Assembly (NCBI GenBank): GCA_017499595.2
Contig: CM039000.1
Location: 3,472,001 to 3,536,000, forward strand
Reading direction: 5' to 3'
DNA: 64,000 nt
DNA from: Psilocybe cubensis
Lineage: Eukaryota
The notes beneath the pieces are model-generated. The model was not told the DNA's origin and made no database searches. It saw only the letters and a program-made list of their open reading frames with translations. A program made the translations under genes and the position numbers. Positions 12,238 through 23,622 of the stretch are shown here, piece by piece (the stretch's first letter is position 1; every line of letters begins with the position of its first letter).

Positions 12238-14707
12238 CTATAGACTCTTCTCGAGTACATGAGCAAGCACTACCTTGGGTTTCAAAATCATATCCGGGTC
12301 TGAAGTCGAAGCCTTTCCATTAGCATCAGCTGGCGAACGTTGCAGCCCAAAGCCACTGATAGCAGCAACGAGTCCCTGTTCTGCCGTTGCTCCACTGGCA
12401 GGCGAAGCCTTCTTGTTTCGCATTGTATCGCAATGCGCTTCCTCCATCCACTTCCCCTGGAAAGGGTAATCCAGACTGACGACAGCAATATCGAGGTCAC
12501 CGCAGATATCCTTCTCAGCCAGGGCAGTGCGAAGGTCGTACGCCATCTTGACAAGCATCAGCAGTTTAGAGGTAAGTACATCTCCCTTGGTAAGTTTCAT
12601 TCGGAGACTACCAGCTGAAAGAATTTTGAATAGATCCTGAGCAATCTCAGTGATCCAAGTACGGAATTGACTTGTCATATTTGTAGACATATCCAAAATG
12701 TTGATTTTGCCACAACGGACGGCGGTACTCGCTGTGGGTCATTAATTTTGTCAATTATAAAGCAAATGAAAATTCTTAGCTGGATACTGAAACTCACAAG
12801 TGACGACATAACCAGAACTAGGGTTTGAGGTTTGCGAAGACAGGTCGATCAGAAGGTCCGCAAATGATTGGCGTCTCGGATACGACCCCTCAATAATTTG
12901 TGTACACCAATGAACCATGAAGGTCTCCAAGGCCACCTGTACAAGTAGATATCTTAAGTTGCCGCTCTGTTGCTGCTGCATCATCCTCGTGATCGTCTCC
13001 CCAACCACCGCCTTTGAGCGCAAGATACTGGCATTGGACCCTACAATATGTGATCGTTCTATTGATTCCACAAGCTGATTTGCTGTTTGGAGTATCTCCT
13101 CGTTGAGGGCAACGACGGCGCCCACAACCTCAGCGCTTGCAGTCTTCAACGCAGCTGCCTTTGCACTACGTCGAGTGGGGCCATATGCCCCTTCCATTCT
13201 AGATTCTACCTTTGATTGGGTCAAATTATCCAGCCATCGCCCGCGACGTTCTGCGCGAGCCACACGGTGATGCATAGCATCCAACTGGCCTTGCCACTTC
13301 TGTTTTTCCTGCTTGATAGCAGTAAGTTCCATCTCGCTATTATTCACCTCTGTACGAAGACTGGAAATAGTCTGCCTTTGAACCTCATTTTCTGCAAGAA
13401 GGACGCGCACGTGTTCGTTGCTGGCCTTGAGCTCCTTGACTAGCCGGGATTTCTCCCAGGTGATCTGGGCTGTGACTCGTTCGGCCTCCTCTCTGGTATC
13501 CTTCAATTCGCGGAGTGTGCGGTCGAGCAGGTCTCTTAGCTTGGATTCCTCTGATTCAGCGTCTTTTGGTCAAAAGTGAGCAAAGTTAAAAACAATCGAT
13601 ACAACCATGCATCAGACCTTGGGAATACGATTTAAGGTGCGAAACGGGTTCGCCAGATAATGTATCTGACGCGGACGCAGTCTTTCTAATGGCTGGGTTG
13701 ATACTACTTGAAGATTGTAACCGCCGTAGTCGTCCCGCTTCCTCCATCTTTTTGGCAAATGTAGGGTCGAGTGCACGCATACCAGTTGACACAGATGGGG
13801 CATGGGGGATTGACGGGAATGAGGATGGAGTGGATTCAAAAATGGGCTGCAACATAGGTGAAGAGCTGGGAACCCGTTTTAGTGGTTTTGTATTCGCCGG
13901 CTCCGCATCTTCAGGCTGTGTATGTGGCAGGTGTGTTGACAAGTCGGCGTTGATATTGCTCACAGCAATGCTATGGAGAAAAGTGGGAAAGGCTGATGGG
14001 CTCTTTCGTGTCCGTACCTTGCCGTTAGAGTCAGCTTTCCTCATTCGATTAGTTGGAGTAGTTTGCAAGCCTTTGGAACCAGAGGTGGAGGGGAGCGCGG
14101 GGTCATTCTCATCACTAGTCAAAGGAGGAGTCATGTTGGAGTTGGGAATGGAATTGGTATCTACAAAACTGCCTGGCATAATTGACTCAGTCGATGTAAT
14201 GGGAGAAGATGAGACCATTGAAGTTGAATCATGGTCGCCAGGAAGTTCCTTCTCCACTGTTTGGTCACAGGCCAATTCGTTCGCCAAGGGTGCAGAACTT
14301 CGACTATTTGTTTTGGATGGAGGGATTTGTTCGAGCTCTACTTCACAAGAGGATGCCTCTTCGATTTGAGGGACGGCTACGGAAATAATGTCAAAATCGT
14401 CTACACTTTGATCTGATTGCTCTGAAGTCAGTAAGTCGGACTCGAACTCGGTGTCTGCGATCTTCGAGGTCTCGATGTTCTCTAATACGATCGAGGACGA
14501 TGCCGACTTTAACGATGGAGCTTCTGATCCCTCGGATAAGCCCCCGGTAGGGAGAGCCGACAAGGAAACAGGTATCCCCGTAGTAAGAAAATCATAGATT
14601 TCGGAGCTGTCGGTTACGTTTGACAAAGAAGAATCTGAAGGATCTTTGAAGGATGAGTGAATAGGTTGGCCCACAGCTAACGCCCGTCGTATTGTAGAGC
14701 TGAACAT
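12238..14707 (-). CDS. Hypothetical protein: Ser/Pro/Thr-rich N-terminus, coiled coil, and a conserved uncharacterised C-terminal domain (paralog A)
   Basis: Three ORF segments are joined in frame by introns 13617-13563 and ~12797-12732. Likely start MFSSTIRR (14707). The C-terminal domain is clearly similar to that of the neighbouring gene at 15101-17842. Confidence 0.75.
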
Positions 14708-15100
14708 CACTTCGCAAAAGGTTATCGGGTCGGTGGTAGGCCGATGTACATGCTTGTTCAGTGGGGAGGATGTTAAGATTAGCGCCCGTTTGCTTCGTTC
14801 TGCCACTACGGTGGCAAGTGGTACTAGGAAGAGACTAAGAGTGTGGTCCACGTGGTACGCCAGCCTCGGCCTTAGTGCCGTTTAATATGTCAGATTCAAA
14901 GTCAGAGATTAATAATAAGTAACTTGGTTTCTACTATTTAGCAGAAGTGCCGGGGTGGTAATACACGACGAGGTTACCTACTGTGACCTAACTATCTGAC
15001 TGGACGTACATTATCCCAGAAATATACATAATACATTCGTTCGTCACTCGAGCCTCAAGTGCTCTTGTCGTAAGACAGTGGCACAGTCTTCACAAACGAT

Positions 15101-17842
15101 CTAGTTTGAATTTAGCGCGCTGGTGATAACCACTGTCGGCTTTAAAATCACTCGACTACGGGGGACTGTTTCATTGGGTTCCTTTTCCATGACCTCCAAG
15201 CCCAGTCCAACGGTACCGACAACCACTGCATTTTCCTTATTCTGTTTCCCTTCAGCTTTCATGCGAGGACTCTGCTTCATGGTATCCGTTTGAAACAGAG
15301 TATCAGATGAAACGACGAAGAGCTCCAAATTTCCACACAAATCCTTCTCGGCCATGCAAGTCCTAATCTTATACGCATCCTTGAATAGCGATGTAAATCG
15401 CTTTTTGAAGCGCTCTTCGTATTGGTTTTTAAAGACCAAGCCACAGGTTTGTAAGATGCCAGGGAGGTCATCGAGAGCCTCCTGTGCCCAAGCGCTGTAG
15501 TCGCCCCTGTCGCACTGGGAGATTACAGCAGTTGATTGACTGCGTATTGAATGGCGATTATTTGTTTTACATGCACCTGCGACTGAACATGGAAGAGTGC
15601 CCGCTGCCAGTGCGACCAAGACATCCGCAAAGGTTCGTTGCTTGGGATACAATGCATCGATGATTGCAGAGGTCCAATCCACCATAAATATTTCGAGAAC
15701 CAACGATATCAGCGTCAAGTATTTGGACAACTTCACGGGGACAGCTTTCTTCTTGAGTGCCGAGACCAATGAATCACCTAGAATATGGTTTGTGCGCTTG
15801 CTCTCCTCAACCGGGGGCGATGTATAGTAGAAATAATCCTTGTCGGTCAGGTCAGCGGCATACTGGGCAATAGCAGCGTTGATATCTTCAACATATTCGA
15901 CCAATTTCGAGTATTCTGTCGAAGATGAATGGTTTTTACAGCGCTTTATATGATTGCTGCCCAGGTCTCGGTGCACCTCAAATTGATACACGGATAGCTG
16001 ATCCATGGATCTGTTATGTTTCTGAGCGATCCTTAGCTGACGCTGAACTACGTTCAACTCCTGTCGCCAAGTCCGCCTCCTGGCCTCGGCTACCTCAAGT
16101 CTTTCCTTCATATCTTCAAGTTCTATTCGTAAATTTTGTTTCTTCTGTTTTGCCTTTTGGAGACGATTTTCCAGATTTTCGTTTTCTTCCAACAAATCCC
16201 CAACAGTGGATTCCAGGTCAGCTATAGTATCCTGCTCCCGCTCCTCTGCCTCGATAAGTTGACAGGTTGCGGTCTTCCATTTTTCGAGTGCATCATCCAG
16301 CTTTTTCTCTACATCGTCTTTCTGTAAAGATAAAGCCAAGATTCGACATTGAGCCTTCAGAAGGTTCGTTGTGAGGCCCGAACCCACAAAGCGGGCATTC
16401 TTTAGGTCGTCGTTCAGATTTTCGATACGCGCATCCAAGGCCTGCCTAGTAGACTGCGCTTCTGTAAGTTTACAATGCGTGCCCTTCAGTCTGAGCTCGA
16501 CTTTCTCAAGTTCTGTCCTAAGGGTATCGGTTTTCGCCAAAGTAGATGTGTGTTCTTTTCGAAGATCATTGAGTTCAGCACGCACGAGGAACTTTGCATT
16601 TGTTTCCGATGAAACCAAAGATTTCAAACGCGAGCTCTCCGTTTGAAGTCGTAAGTTGGCCTCAGCAACTTCGGAAGTCCATTTCTCCTCCTGAAGCCGC
16701 ATGCCTTCCATAGCATATGATAAATGATCATCGCACACATGCAGACGAACGGCGAGATCCACAGTGGCATCTACAGCGCTGCTGTACAAGCTGTCCAGTT
16801 CCTCATTCGCCTGTTTCAACATCGATATCGTGGTGCGCGCGTCCATCACCATAGTATCCGTTAGTTGCAAACGTTCTACCAGGATAGCATTCTCCTCGTC
16901 CAGCGCGTCGCTTTTTTCGCGATAGGACTCGGCCTGACCCAGCAGCAGCTCCTGTTCAAGCAGGTTCAGCTCAGCGACCTTTCGATGGGTATCCAAAAGC
17001 TCAGAGTATTCAAACCTCAGCCGGCGATTGGCTTCCTGAAGCTGTTGAATCTCTACAAGGTAGGACTCTGCATGAGCCTCCTTGTCCGACAGGATATCCG
17101 TTGTGTTGTTGAGAGACGATGTCACATCCCCAACAGATGTTTGAAGTCCAAGATTCTCCTCAAGCAACCGGTCGCGATCTCTACGAAGAGAGTCAACCTC
17201 CTTCATTAGGACTTCGATGGTAACAGAAGCGCGCGCCAAATCAGCGTCCTTGACTTCGATCGCTTCAAAGAGTCGCTTGTTTTCGTGGCGGTAGCACTCC
17301 ACCTGTTCGGTCAGAGTGCTTTCCTTGGATATGTATTGAGCCATGCTTTGCTTCGCCGTATCCAGTGCTGAAAGAACCAGATGGAGTTCTTCCTCAATTG
17401 CCATATGGTTTAGGCCACACGCGTCATTGTTAGTGTGATTGGATTGGGACGTGGGCGTGCCCTTGAGAGGGTTAAGAGTGACGGGAGGGTAAGGGGACCT
17501 GTGGCAGGTAGATTTGGAGTAACTTGGTCCATAGGTATCTAGTATGCAGATGACGAGTCAACATCGAGGGACAAAAAGCGTTGAACACAGCTCACCGAAG
17601 CGGACGCCACGGTTCTCCTTATCAGGAGTAATTCTGTGAGATAGATCAATTGATATTTTCCGCGTATGCCATTGAGATAGTGATTTGGAATCAGAAAAAC
17701 GAAATGCTGTTCTTGAACGAGATGGCATTGTCTGCCTTGAACGTGACGAAGACAATGATATTGCTCTGGAATTATGGCCACAGTAGGGTGGGCTGCGTCG
17801 TCTGGATTGAACAGAGTCATAGCATTTATCCCCAAGTAGCAT
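15101..17842 (-). CDS. Hypothetical long coiled-coil protein with the same C-terminal domain (paralog B); 5' end uncertain
   Basis: The 767-aa ORF 15101-17404 is heptad-rich over ~450 aa. It extends upstream in frame to an acceptor at ~17539. A GTGAGC donor near 17595 links it to the ORF 17558-17866 (ATG MLLGDK at 17842). Further upstream exons (toward ~18243) are possible but not resolved. Confidence 0.75.
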
Positions 17843-20800
17843 TTTTGCCAAAGAAGAACGGGTCACCGTCCTTCTCTCACCAAATGCTCCTCGAGCACAA
17901 AGGCGGACTACTGTGCACGGACGACTGTTGGTTGGAAAGAGCGCTCATGATCTGGCGGATCGCAATCAAACTCCGAAACAACTCCGCTTCAATGTAATAG
18001 GGGCTTCGCAGGCATTCGAACCCTTAAATTCCGACTTATACTATAGGCAAGATACGGCGAGAGGAGAATAAATGCGCTGGGAGAAAAGACAAACGCACTT
18101 CGAGAGGCACTCTCCAAAAGTGTAAAAAGTCTTTCCAATTTAGACTAGATCAAACAACGCCTGCACCGAGATTTTGAAGATATTTCGTCAGATCTACAGG
18201 TTTGAATGAACAAATGAATTACCTGAAAAATACCTGTAGACATGGTATTAGAAGTTTCGGATAGATCCTGGCCATATATGTGGATCTGATGAGAAGTCCA
18301 GCAACAGGTGGCTTTGAAGAAGTGTCATTGGACAGGACAGGGGTCAACTGTCACCGGGAAAAGAGGAAGCGGGAGTTGCAGGTGCGCGTTTCTATCTTCT
18401 AAACAACAACCTAGAGCCGTGCGTGATCATGATAAGAGGTATACGCAGATAATACCTCACAAGCATCATGTGTGAGTATATGTGCGTCCGGGCACATGTG
18501 GATGGGGTGCACAAGTGGCGAGGTTCGTGACTAATATGCCAAACATACTGATTTAGCTTCTGGTTTTTTCAACGCCAAAAAGAAAATGCCAGGTTAATGA
18601 GATTCTGCTTAACTCAGATCCAGTGAAATCTTAGAGAAGATCCGCCATGGTTCAACTCACGAATCCAAATCACGGTTGGCACGCATGCACGTTGTTTTGA
18701 ATGGGAGAATATGTCGAGTAGAATTGGAACGCGAGCCCAGAGAAGTTTGAGTATGTGGTCGTTGAAATATAAAAGACAATTACAGTTTGAATGCCTTAAT
18801 TTGACTGTAAAATAACACCAAGAAGACACGGCCAGTCGAATTAGATATTGCTCGATGCTTAGCCGGGTAGATACTCGAACCATCTTCCAGTGAAGCAAAC
18901 CAGCAAAATCTCGTCCCAATCTCAGGTCGCAATTAGTTTGGCGTTGGCGGATCAACCATCAAGGTAATTAAAAGCTGATATGCTTCAACGAGTTATTGCA
19001 TTAGAAGAAAATGCGCCCCTTACAGATCCATTTCAAATCTCGAAGAATGACTAAAACTTGGAGTGATTGATTCTACATGCTTCGTTGATCTCAATCAATG
19101 CTTTTCAGGGAGCATTTGAAGGAGATTACAATGGCACGGTGAATGATCCACCGTTAAATAAGCCCTCGTTTATAGCTTCTGAGCGACTTGGCCGAGCTCA
19201 TGGCGACACAAAAGATCATTTCAACGTCAAACAGTGATAAGGAAACCATAATCAGTATTGTGTATTTCCTAATCCCATATACTGGAACGACGCCGTACTA
19301 GATCTTACCATTTGAACTGGTTTGCTGGACTAAGGTCAAATGCATATGTGTGGCGCCAAGTATCTAGTATCAGCTGTCGTTCGATTCAGGTTAGCTTTAC
19401 GATGTCATTCATATCATTTTCATGCTTACCACCCGCCGTAGTGAAATAACATCACAGCGCATGCTGTCTACCTTTCAGCTGGCTTCTCGATCGAGCTTTG
19501 CATAATGGGTCAAAGAGAAAATAATGATATTAGTCCAAGGTTTCAGCAAGGTCGGCCAGATTCAAAGTGAATCCGCCACGTTGGTGCACTTTACTGCAGA
19601 AATCAACCAAACCACAAAGGTGGTAAACTAGAAGGTGAGCGAGACACGACTAAATGGGCCACCAGACTACCTTTTCTGCAGTCAATTGGCGACCATCCGT
19701 CCAGTGGAGTCAAATAAAGCCTGGAGAGAAGGCGGGAGTTGCATCTGTGCAGTAAACGAGGCCTTGGCAAAATTAGTCAATGTCAAAGGCGTTGCCATAT
19801 CTCCGAGTGATACATAACGCGTATGTGCCCATTAAACAGAATAAATCGAGCTTCTCCCGAGGACACTAAGAGGTTTGCATCGTGCAGAGATCACGGTGTT
19901 GACGATGGCAGCGGATGGTTGCAATTGCACGGTACTTTTGAATTGTCACCTAGTGTAAATTGTTCCGTCTAAAATTAGATAGCAAGCACACCGCACCAGT
20001 CAAACCCAAATAGAGAAGTCGTCCATGATTTGCTATAGCAGGGATAGCTATGGCTGTAGAGCGTCCCGGAAGAGTCGGATAGAGGTAACCAGAGCTGTTT
20101 AGATATCTCTCAACTAGATGTTGTAGCATTCTATCCAGAGTACCAAGAATCATGCCTCCATATCCTGTGTGGGCATCTGCTACGAACCATCCCCATTGAT
20201 GGAGTGCAGACTAAGTCCCGACGGAAGTATGTAGCTGTAGACCACAGAAGGTTCCAATAACGACAGAATGCGGAATCTGGGTATGGGGTCGAGTGCCAGT
20301 AAAAGATCAGCTTCGTCATATTTGATGAAATATGGAGGATACGAGCTTCGAGAAGGTTTGCGAATGATTAAGGATGAGAGCAAGATATCCTAGAGGCGCC
20401 ATGTTAGTAAAAATTGGCAAAAAATGCCTATGAGTAAACCTGTGAGTCAGGCTCAGTCAGCAAACGAGCTAGTTCGCTATGACGCCAAGAGGACATGATT
20501 ATGCAGCTCCGCTGACGCAAGCACAAATTTAGGACCATGACGTACCGCGTTCTTACGCGCTAATGATGCGCGCTCCCGAAAATGGCAGCCTAATCGCATC
20601 CGGATACTTTGCCGTAGAAATGCGTCATTGTGGGCAAATTAGAATGTTGGACACAATTCGTCAGAACTCTATGTTTAAAGCTGACTTGGAGCATGCGCTA
20701 CAATGAACGGAATATCATCGTAAGACTTTATTTACTCATAGCTCTATCATATGTAGGCAGACGAACCGCTGGGGTAATAACAGGCACAGCATACCATAGA

Positions 20801-23573
20801 AATGAACTGCGGTTTGATACGAGACGGTCAATGGTGACCAACGGATAGGACGGAAGGAAGGAAGGACATAGTCACGGGTCAATTCGAATAAATGGTTAGA
20901 GCTTTGCATACTGACGCTTTTCCGAGCCGCCCGGATGTAGAATAGCGGTAGGTTCTCCAGCAGTGGTAGTGAGTGTACAGCCGCCGAGACATCCAGTGGG
21001 GGCTCCGGTTGCTGTATTACATGTCAAAACTTCGACGGAGACCATTTTAAAAAGAAGTGAATGGGGTAGTTACCCCAGACTTTGATTACCGAAGGTTAGA
21101 TTGACGTTTTGAGGCAGTAGGCCTGATCAATGTTCAGCTTAGAGAACTCTTTTGATGGCGCGTAAGAACCATCGCAGTCGGAGAAATGAGTGGCCAGCAT
21201 CTATCAATGGTTTCGAGTAAGTAAGCGTAGATGATTTGAGCAGTAACCAAACGTCGAATATCAGAATACAAGTGTTTTACTCACTAGTAGTGACCACGGG
21301 AGGAATGAATCAATTAATAGCTTGCACACCCAGACATAAAACAAGTGTTGCGCCACAAATTTCACCGATTCCTGAGAGCAATGTTGTACACGGTTGAAAA
21401 TATTAAAATAAGATACAGTGTGCGATGGACTGCAACAAAAAGGTAAAAAAGATGATTCCAATGGCAAGGACAGCAGAAGCAAAAAGATGCCAAACATCGA
21501 ATTAAGTAATGCCAAAGACGATATTCCACCCGAATTATGGAAGAATGGCCAGAAAGTTAAAATCCACTTCACGAACGAGATACTCGCACTTTAAAGCATC
21601 ATCGACCTAAACACGACTAAGCACTAGTTTCCGCTGTGAGTCCTATGAATGTATCCACAAAACATCAAAATGAAAGAGAATGCCTATGTGCAAGAATTGA
21701 ATCGCCTTTGTGCAGAGAAAAATGAGCGGATGAAATTGAAGAAAGTTGAAGAAGAAAGCCATTCTTCAATGAATTTTGGGAACTTTGATGGTACCTATGA
21801 TTCTTCCATGGAGAGCATCGGTAACCAGACGCCCAGAAAGATAGCCTGTTCTTCGTTTCGATGGTGCTAATGCGGGCAGCCACCAGTGTCGAAGAAGTAT
21901 ACCAAAGCGTCAGGTTGCAGATTGTCAACAGGAGAGACTAGAAAACGCGTCTAATAGTCAATTTAGATGTTCAAGACGTTTAGTTTTCCCTATCCAGTAA
22001 GGTTTTATTAAGCATGCATCCAAAATCGTTCCAAGAATCAAATCATCCACAAGAGTGAAGCACGGCTCACGAAGATGTCCAGCTTGCTTAGTGCCGTACA
22101 TGACGACTAGTACAAGCATTCTGGGCTTTCCGATTTGGTTCAGCTCGGCGTGGATAGAAACAAACCAAATCGCAGAAAATCCCGCGAGAACATTCGAATT
22201 CTGGAATCCGCATCGCGAGCGTGGCACTGCGCATGTATGCCAACACTAGAAAGTGACAGACACCGCAGAACACCGCAGAAGGGGCTGAGTCCTGGCTGAG
22301 ATACGGTCATCGTGGGTAGCACATCCGTGTGTCGTGGTATTTGGTTGCGCTGACAAGCCCCCGCGTTCTCATGCGTCGGCGCAGCTGGGAGCACAGGGAA
22401 GCAATGCTAGAGAAAAGCGAGAAACGAACTGAAAATGCCCCGTTTGCAAATTGCCTTGAGCGTGGGAAGAAATCCACAAATGATTACATGTGCGCTTGCC
22501 GAGACAATGCCGAGGGCGGCCTCCTCTGAGTCCTTATCGAATGACGGTTCTAATTAACACGTCTAATGGACCAGGACGACTTCCGGCTCACACAGAAGAC
22601 ATTTGTCGTACATACGGCCGAGAATTCAATAACTTGTAACCAACGGGTTACACAGTCAAGACCATTCTGCCCGCCAAGTGCTATGCGTGCTTTCTAGGTC
22701 GTGTTGGGGATTTCAAACTTAGAATTCAACGGTTAATGACTCAACGTGGACAGACAGATGAGACAGTAAAAGTATCATAGAAGACACCAGAGTATGATCA
22801 AGTCTTATGGTAACCAAGGCTAAAAACTTTGGCAAGTTATTTGACCAGTGATATGGGTGACTGTCAAACTTCGAGTCACTTGGTGAGCTGAGCGTGGAAT
22901 CTTATTGCGTTTTGATACTACTCGTATACTTGAATCCCACCTCATTCACTTGGTGACTGTCTTGAATAAAAATTATCAACTCCGTGTACTCACTGGGTGG
23001 GTACAGAGAGAGGAAACGCAAGGTCGGATTTCTGCAAAACATATGCCAATACTCTCACGTTCAGATCAGTTGCACACGTCTGCTGACTGGACTGGGTCGG
23101 AAAGTTGCATACCTGGGGTGTAGATTATTTATTAACCATCAGTAACGATAGGATTTGACCATACACACCATTGCAAACTGGCACGGTCGGTGTGAAGGTC
23201 GTGACCGAAGATAAGAGCATCAAATACTCCAGTCTAAGGTGATAATAATGTCACTTATCTTACTCTTACCCACAATCAGACCCGGGATCCACAAAACGCT
23301 TCGCATCGTAAGAGAGTACTTCAAATGAACTCCTGAACTATCTCATCTTGGGCCGAACGATTAACATGTGGAGGTCATCAAATATGATAAGGCCAACTAA
23401 CCCGAGATCGTTCGTCCCTGCAATTTTGGATAATAGATTGGAGGCTCGGTCAGCATCTACCGAGGACCAGAGAGGGTGATCCATGGGATATATGTCAGCA
23501 TTTCTCTGGCTTTACCTCGTTGCTAACTCGGCATCCGCCGTGAAATAAGCATCGACCAATCACACATGCGGTT

Positions 23574-23622
23574 GCCCCGCGGCGGCGGGGCGTTCGGTCG
23601 TGGGCGGGGCGCGAGGGTGGGG
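23574..23622 (+). promoter_or_regulatory. GC-rich element: four SYGGRG (CreA/Mig1-like) sites, a 7-bp hairpin and a G-quadruplex motif
   Basis: GCCCCGC-GGCG-GCGGGGC (23574-23591), then GGG-C-GGGG-CGCGA-GGG-T-GGGG (23602-23622). Function is inferred only from motif match. Confidence 0.35.

Noticed and set aside
13689..14369. 226-aa plus-strand ORF, and other antisense ORFs over real genes
   Set aside because: These are shadow ORFs opposite well-supported coding exons, with no motifs of their own.
19850..20402. ATG at 20402 (minus) with possible splice sites
   Set aside because: Trial splicing met early stops, and no recognisable protein motif appeared.
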